Assembly: GCA_947454025.1 (NCBI GenBank)
Contig: CANGIZ010000003.1
Span: 301-64,300, forward strand
DNA: 64,000 nucleotides
From: Bacteroidota bacterium
Lineage (GTDB): Bacteria > Bacteroidota > Bacteroidia > Chitinophagales > Chitinophagaceae
Reading direction: 5' to 3'
The first letter of the stretch is position 1. The number at the start of each line of letters is the position of its first letter. Under the pieces are notes generated by a model that was not told where the DNA came from, made no database searches, and saw only the letters and a program-made list of their open reading frames with translations. Shown here piece by piece: positions 59,515-64,000 of this stretch. Both the position numbers and the translations under genes were made by a program.

Positions 59515-60474
59515 TTAGTTTAATGCGATCAACTTACCTTGTTCGGGATAAACAATTGTTAAGCCTAATTCGTTTGCACCCTTAATTTGCTGTTGAATAT
59601 TTAGCTCGCAATTTGCGCAAGGTTTAATATGCGTAATAAACACTTTTGTATTTTTTAAACTACCTGCAGCTAAGTTGTTTAGCTTATTTAATTCTTGCAT
59701 TAATAATTTTGGAGTAAGGTGTCCGAACAGCGCTTTATCGGGCATGCTGTTGTCAAATGAAACCTCTATCATAATAGCTTTTAGTTGACCGGCTTTCACT
59801 AGGGGCGCAACCGCAGTCCATAGTTCAGCAAGCTTGTTAGATTTTTCAACCGTATCCGCTCCTGTATCACCTAAGTATAATAAGTAGTCATTGTTATTAC
59901 GTACCAAGAATGCACTACTCTCATAAGGATTTACATGGCTTAAAGAATAGGGAGTCACTTTTAATTCGGTATTGGGGATCGCAATTTCGGTTTGAGCCAA
60001 TAAAGGTTGGTAAGTATATTTATTTAAAATTGGCTTTTCTCCCTCACTTGCAAAGTTGGCCCAGCTTTTCCAAGTAAAATAGTAGTTCTTTAAAACATCA
60101 ATTACTGAAGGAAATGCATAAATAGGTTTTGCAATGTCATTCGGCGCATTTAATACCAGTCCAGCTAAGTGATCCAAGTGACCATGAGAAATAAAATAGG
60201 CTTTAATATATTTTTTCTGAATATCCTCGGCATTGCTAATGGGAAACAATTTATTGATGGCCGCTTTTTGTAATCCAGCATTAAGGGTACCAGCATCCAA
60301 ACATATATATCCCTCTGAACCTTTTGCTGCAACCAAATACGCCGATAAATTGGATTCATCCAATCCCCCTTTTACACCCAAAGGAATAATATTAAATCCG
60401 TTATTTGAGTTTTGTGCATGAGCGGATAAACTTATTGCGCAGCATAGTGATAAGATAAAATGTTTCGCTTTCAT
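59515..60474 (-). CDS. Class II 3',5'-cyclic-nucleotide phosphodiesterase (CpdP-like, metallo-beta-lactamase fold), secreted
   Basis: Signal peptide; LGVKGG, LDAGT, SHGHLDHLAGL, YLGDTG.D, IEVSF, FGHLTP, THIK. Confidence 0.88.
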   Translation of the reverse strand: MKAKHFILSLCCAISLSAHAQNSNNGFNIIPLGVKGGLDESNLSAYLVAAKGSEGYICLDAGTLNAGLQKAAINKLFPISNAEDIQKKYIKAYFISHGHLDHLAGLVLNAPNDIAKPIYAFPSVIDVLKNYYFTWKSWANFASEGEKPILNKYTYQPLLAQTEIAIPNTELKVTPYSLSHVNPYESSAFLVRNNNDYLLYLGDTGADTVEKSNKLAELWTAVAPLVKAGQLKAIMIEVSFDNSMPDKALFGHLTPKLLMQELNKLNNLAAGSLKNTKVFITHIKPCANCELNIQQQIKGANELGLTIVYPEQGKLIALN

Positions 60475-60521
60475 TTGAATTATTATGAAACCAAAATTAA
60501 TCGTTTTACCTTTACCATCAC

Positions 60522-61721
60522 ATGATCAAATCAATAAATACTTTATTCCTTGTGGGCATGATGTTCCTATTCCAACATGCCAATGCACAAACAACACAAG
60601 CTACCTTATTTGTGGGCCATCCTGACCGTATAAAAACCTTAGATAGTTTAATTGAAAATGCTCATACATTGGCTTTAAACAAAAACGATTATCAAATAGC
60701 GTTTCGTAATGCCATACAAGCTGGCCCTCAGTCCGATTCTTTACTAATTCAAGTGGCAGTTCATTTTTTCTCTCATTTGGCTTATGGAAAACACAGCATA
60801 GGTTTACAATATGAAGGCGTGCGTTTTAAAATGAATGCATACAATGTGCCAGCCTTGGTTAATGAATATGCTGCGCACAAATCCTTAAGCAAATTGGTTA
60901 CTTATTTTTCAAATAGTGCTAAGGAAGTGAATACCATTTTAGCCACACTTAAAGGGTTAAGAGATTCAACAAAGCAGATCAATGCAAAGATTGAATTATT
61001 AACCAAAGCGGCCAATGATTATAGATGGTTAAATGCAGTTAAGCAAGAAAATCGAATCATATTGGTGAATATTCCGTCAGCGCAATTAAGAGCCTATGAT
61101 CATGGAAAACAGGTGCTTAATATGAAAGTGATTGTAGGCAAATTTGCTACGCAAACCAATACACTCTCTTCACCTATCGATAAAATAACTATTAACCCTT
61201 ATTGGACGGTCCCTAAAAGTATTGCCATTAAGGAAATGCTCCCTAAAATAAAAAAGAGTATTAATTATTTTGAAGAAAATCATTTGCAGTTATTAAATAG
61301 TAATTATAGAGTGATTCAACCAAGTTCAATTAATTGGGAATCTTATTCGGAAGCATATTTTCCTTTCACTATTCGACAAGGCACTGGTTGTGATAATTCA
61401 TTAGGTTTATTGAAAGTAGAGTTTGACAGTCCATTTGGTATTTATTTACATGACACACCAGAGAAAGCATTGTTTGGAAATGCAAATCGTTTTTATAGCC
61501 ATGGTTGTATGCGAATGGAGAAACCGATTGATATGGGAAAGTGGTTATTGCAAAATAACCCTAAAGCCTTGGATACCATCGACTTTAATAAATGCTATAA
61601 GGATCCCGCGCCAAAGTCAATACCAGTAACACTTTCAACACAAGTGATTGTTTGGTATAGTTTGGTGGATTTTGACAATAACGGGAATTTAAAATTTTAT
61701 AAAAATATTTACGAAAAATAA
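60522..61721 (+). CDS. L,D-transpeptidase, YcbB/LdtD-like
   Basis: LVNIPS, VIVGK, NPYWTVPKSI, IYLHDTP...SHGCMR. Confidence 0.88.
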   Translation: MIKSINTLFLVGMMFLFQHANAQTTQATLFVGHPDRIKTLDSLIENAHTLALNKNDYQIAFRNAIQAGPQSDSLLIQVAVHFFSHLAYGKHSIGLQYEGVRFKMNAYNVPALVNEYAAHKSLSKLVTYFSNSAKEVNTILATLKGLRDSTKQINAKIELLTKAANDYRWLNAVKQENRIILVNIPSAQLRAYDHGKQVLNMKVIVGKFATQTNTLSSPIDKITINPYWTVPKSIAIKEMLPKIKKSINYFEENHLQLLNSNYRVIQPSSINWESYSEAYFPFTIRQGTGCDNSLGLLKVEFDSPFGIYLHDTPEKALFGNANRFYSHGCMRMEKPIDMGKWLLQNNPKALDTIDFNKCYKDPAPKSIPVTLSTQVIVWYSLVDFDNNGNLKFYKNIYEK

Positions 61722-61746
61722 TTTCACTCCACCTCAAAAAAATATT

Positions 61747-62580
61747 ATGGCAAATCAATTGTATACCTGCTTATGGTTTAATGGTCAAACGGCCGAAGCT
61801 GCTGAGTTTTATTGTTCTTTATTTGAACAATCTAAAATAGTAGCTAAAAATCCAATCATATCAAAATTTGAATTAGCAGGAACGCCTATTAAATTATTAA
61901 ATGGTGGTGCTTTATTTTCAATTAATCCATCTATTTCTTTTTTTGTAAGATGTGAAACAAAACAAGAAGTTGAAAAACTTTGGAATGCTTTAATGGATGG
62001 AGGCAAAGCCATGATGAATTTGGATACCTATCCATGGAGTGAATATTATGGCTGGGTAGTAGACAAATATGGTATGACTTGGCAATTGTTTTTAGCTCCG
62101 TTACATGCAGGGCAACAAAAAGTAATCCCAAGTATGTTATTTACCAACGAAGTATATGGACGTGCCGAAGAAGCCATTCGTTTTTATAGTAGCGTATTTA
62201 AAGAGAGTAAAATATTTTTTACCGATCAATATAAAGAGGGAGAACCACAGCCCGCTGGTAAATTAAAATTTGGAAGCTTTGAATTAAACCATGCACAGTT
62301 TGCTGCAATGGATGGTCCAGGCAACCACGCATTTCAATTTAATGAAGGAGTTTCCATTGTTGTTGAATGTGAAGACCAAGCTGAGATTGACTATTACTGG
62401 GAACAATTAAGTGAAGGTGGACATGAAGGACAATGCGGTTGGTTAAAGGATAAGTTTGGTGTTTCATGGCAAATTGTGCCCATTGTTTTGAATCAGTTAA
62501 TGGGTAATCCAGCGACTGCCGAAAAAGCAAGAAATGCCTTTATGAAGATGAAAAAATTTATTATCCAGGATTTATACTAA
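61747..62580 (+). CDS. VOC family protein (PhnB / 3-demethylubiquinone-methyltransferase-like, duplicated domain)
   Basis: Two repeats: CLWF..AEAAEFY...DKYGMTWQ and AEEAIRFY...CGWLKDKFGVSWQI. Confidence 0.88.
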   Translation: MANQLYTCLWFNGQTAEAAEFYCSLFEQSKIVAKNPIISKFELAGTPIKLLNGGALFSINPSISFFVRCETKQEVEKLWNALMDGGKAMMNLDTYPWSEYYGWVVDKYGMTWQLFLAPLHAGQQKVIPSMLFTNEVYGRAEEAIRFYSSVFKESKIFFTDQYKEGEPQPAGKLKFGSFELNHAQFAAMDGPGNHAFQFNEGVSIVVECEDQAEIDYYWEQLSEGGHEGQCGWLKDKFGVSWQIVPIVLNQLMGNPATAEKARNAFMKMKKFIIQDLY

Positions 62581-62664
62581 TATCTTACTGACTGATTTTC
62601 AGTTGATTTTTTGTCTAATAGTGAATAAGAAGCTTATTTAACATTTTAAGCAAATGCATTGGCT

Positions 62665-62672
62665 TACCTTTG
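62665..62672 (+). promoter_or_regulatory. Bacteroidota -7 promoter element
   Basis: TACCTTTG 13 nt before ATG 62686. Confidence 0.6.
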
Positions 62673-62685
62673 CAAGTCCTACACT

Positions 62686-63357
62686 ATGAAGCAACTGGTA
62701 ATGATATCTTTTTTAATGCTTTTGTTTTCGACGCAGTCGTATAGCAACAAATTCTTAGCGCCTACCAATGGCATTGAGGAAAAAGTAATGCACTTAACCG
62801 AAAAGCTGTCCATTAACAATGAAGCAATTCAATTAGCGGTAAAAGGATATGAGCGATTAAAAAATTTAGGTCGTATCGAAAACCTACGCTATTTAACCAT
62901 TGCTGATTTTAGTAAACCTAGTAGCGAAGAGCGTTTATATGTGATTGATATGTTGTTGGAGAAAATTGTGATTCAATCCTTGGTAGCGCATGGTCGTAAT
63001 TCGGGAACTTTATTTGCGAATGCATTTTCCAATAAGAATGAATCACATCAAAGTAGTTTGGGATTTTATGTAACGGGTCATCCTTATAAAGGGAAGCATG
63101 GAAGCTCCTTAGAATTAAATGGAGTAGAAGAAGGTATTAATGATCATGCAAAAAACAGAGCTATTGTAATACACGGAGCCGATTATGTAAGTCAAAATTT
63201 TATAAAGCAACAAGGCTATATAGGTAGAAGCCTTGGATGCCCTGCAGTGCCTAATGATAAAGTATTGGATATTATTGAAGCCATACAGGGTGCCTCATGC
63301 ATGTTTATATATGCACCCAATAAGGACTATTTAAAAAAGTCCACTTTGGGAAACTAA
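62686..63357 (+). CDS. Murein L,D-transpeptidase catalytic domain family protein (YkuD_2)
   Basis: IADFSKPS..RL, VAHGRNSG, FSN..S.QSSLG, IVIHGADYV, GRSLGCPAV. Confidence 0.9.
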   Translation: MKQLVMISFLMLLFSTQSYSNKFLAPTNGIEEKVMHLTEKLSINNEAIQLAVKGYERLKNLGRIENLRYLTIADFSKPSSEERLYVIDMLLEKIVIQSLVAHGRNSGTLFANAFSNKNESHQSSLGFYVTGHPYKGKHGSSLELNGVEEGINDHAKNRAIVIHGADYVSQNFIKQQGYIGRSLGCPAVPNDKVLDIIEAIQGASCMFIYAPNKDYLKKSTLGN

Positions 63358-63398
63358 AGTCCTTTTAAATAATCAAAGCTTTTCTATTTTTTATTGAT

Positions 63399-63455
63399 TG
63401 TTCCCTTTGCGTATTTTGGAACAGGTTATTTGTTCCTTTGTCTTATAAGGGAACA
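63399..63455. promoter_or_regulatory. Two tandem inverted repeats TGTTCC-N13-GGAACA
   Basis: 63399-63423 and 63431-63455, upstream of TAGATTTG (63497-63504). Confidence 0.6.
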
Positions 63456-63530
63456 TATTACAGCGAAGGGATTGTGTATTCGGAGATTTTAACGGATAGA
63501 TTTGCGCTATCATTTAAAAATCAAAAGAGT

Positions 63531-64000
63531 ATGAAAAAACAATTATTTATTGCGCTGGTAGCATTATTTGCTTTATCAACAACTAGCACATTTGCACAAA
63601 AAGCAGATTTAGCTAGCAAGAACATTAAATTTTACGGCCACGTTTGGGACGTAGTGATTAATGAGGGTCGTGTAAATATTTTAGATACCGCGTATGCTGA
63701 AAATGCAGTGTTGCATACTGTGCCTGAAACAAAAGGAAAGGCAAACTGCATTGCTTACTATGCCAATTATGTAACAGGGTTTTCAAACAGAAAGTTTATC
63801 GTAAAAGAGACTTTTGCTCAAGGCAATAAGTTGGTAAAATACTGGCAGTTTAAAGGCAAGCATACAGGAGTGTTCTTTGGCATTCCAGCAACCAATAAGG
63901 ATGTAGACGTAATTGGATGTACTATTGCCACTATTGTAAATGGGAAAATTACGGAAGAGCAAGACTTTTTTGATAACCTAGAGTTCTTACAACAATTAGG
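63531..64000 (+). CDS. SnoaL-like ester cyclase family protein, secreted (3' truncated; absent from ORF track)
   Basis: Manual translation MKKQLFIALVALFALSTTSTFAQ...FKGKHTGVFFGIPATNK...GKITEEQDFFDNLEFLQQL, no stop before window end. Confidence 0.85.
   Translation, partial: MKKQLFIALVALFALSTTSTFAQKADLASKNIKFYGHVWDVVINEGRVNILDTAYAENAVLHTVPETKGKANCIAYYANYVTGFSNRKFIVKETFAQGNKLVKYWQFKGKHTGVFFGIPATNKDVDVIGCTIATIVNGKITEEQDFFDNLEFLQQL

Noticed and set aside
233-62530. Numerous 60-112 aa ORFs antisense to or nested within long genes (e.g. 5435-5773, 20035-20352, 22009-22326, 34662-34997, 44395-44622)
   Set aside because: Shadow ORFs of well-supported genes, with no recognisable motifs or independent expression signals.
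1-64000. CRISPR arrays, tRNA/rRNA, IS elements, integrases, prophage or defence genes
   Set aside because: No repeat-spacer periodicity, RNA-gene signatures or transposase/integrase/phage motifs seen by eye; intergenic gaps are mostly too short.

Overview
AT-rich, densely packed chromosomal segment of a Bacteroidota bacterium. The SusD gene, GLPGLI, HmuY and DUF5777 families and TAnnTTTG promoters indicate the phylum; a Chitinophagaceae-like organism is my inference. About 50 CDS were called by motif recognition in the translations, with no database search. They include many exported amide/peptide hydrolases, a two-component system next to an EmrAB-TolC-type pump, an ECF sigma trio, a DUF47-PiT phosphate locus, a TonB receptor/HmuY pair, L,D-transpeptidases and a class II cyclic-nucleotide phosphodiesterase. 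I saw no rRNA, tRNA, CRISPR array or mobile element. The best candidate for an undescribed system is an 8-gene redox locus at 50874-57677. It encodes two lipoproteins with atypical heme motifs (CX3CH, CX4CH), an outer-membrane barrel, a monoheme cytochrome c, a small Tat protein that duplicates the N-terminal module of the next gene, and an NrfC/NrfD-type quinol module with no catalytic subunit. Both halves of the locus are preceded by identically spaced paired TGA-N6-TCA boxes. Other notable items are an orphan structured RNA/attenuator and 11-bp-period repeats upstream of the phosphate transporter, and a tandem TGTTCC-N13-GGAACA operator near the window end.
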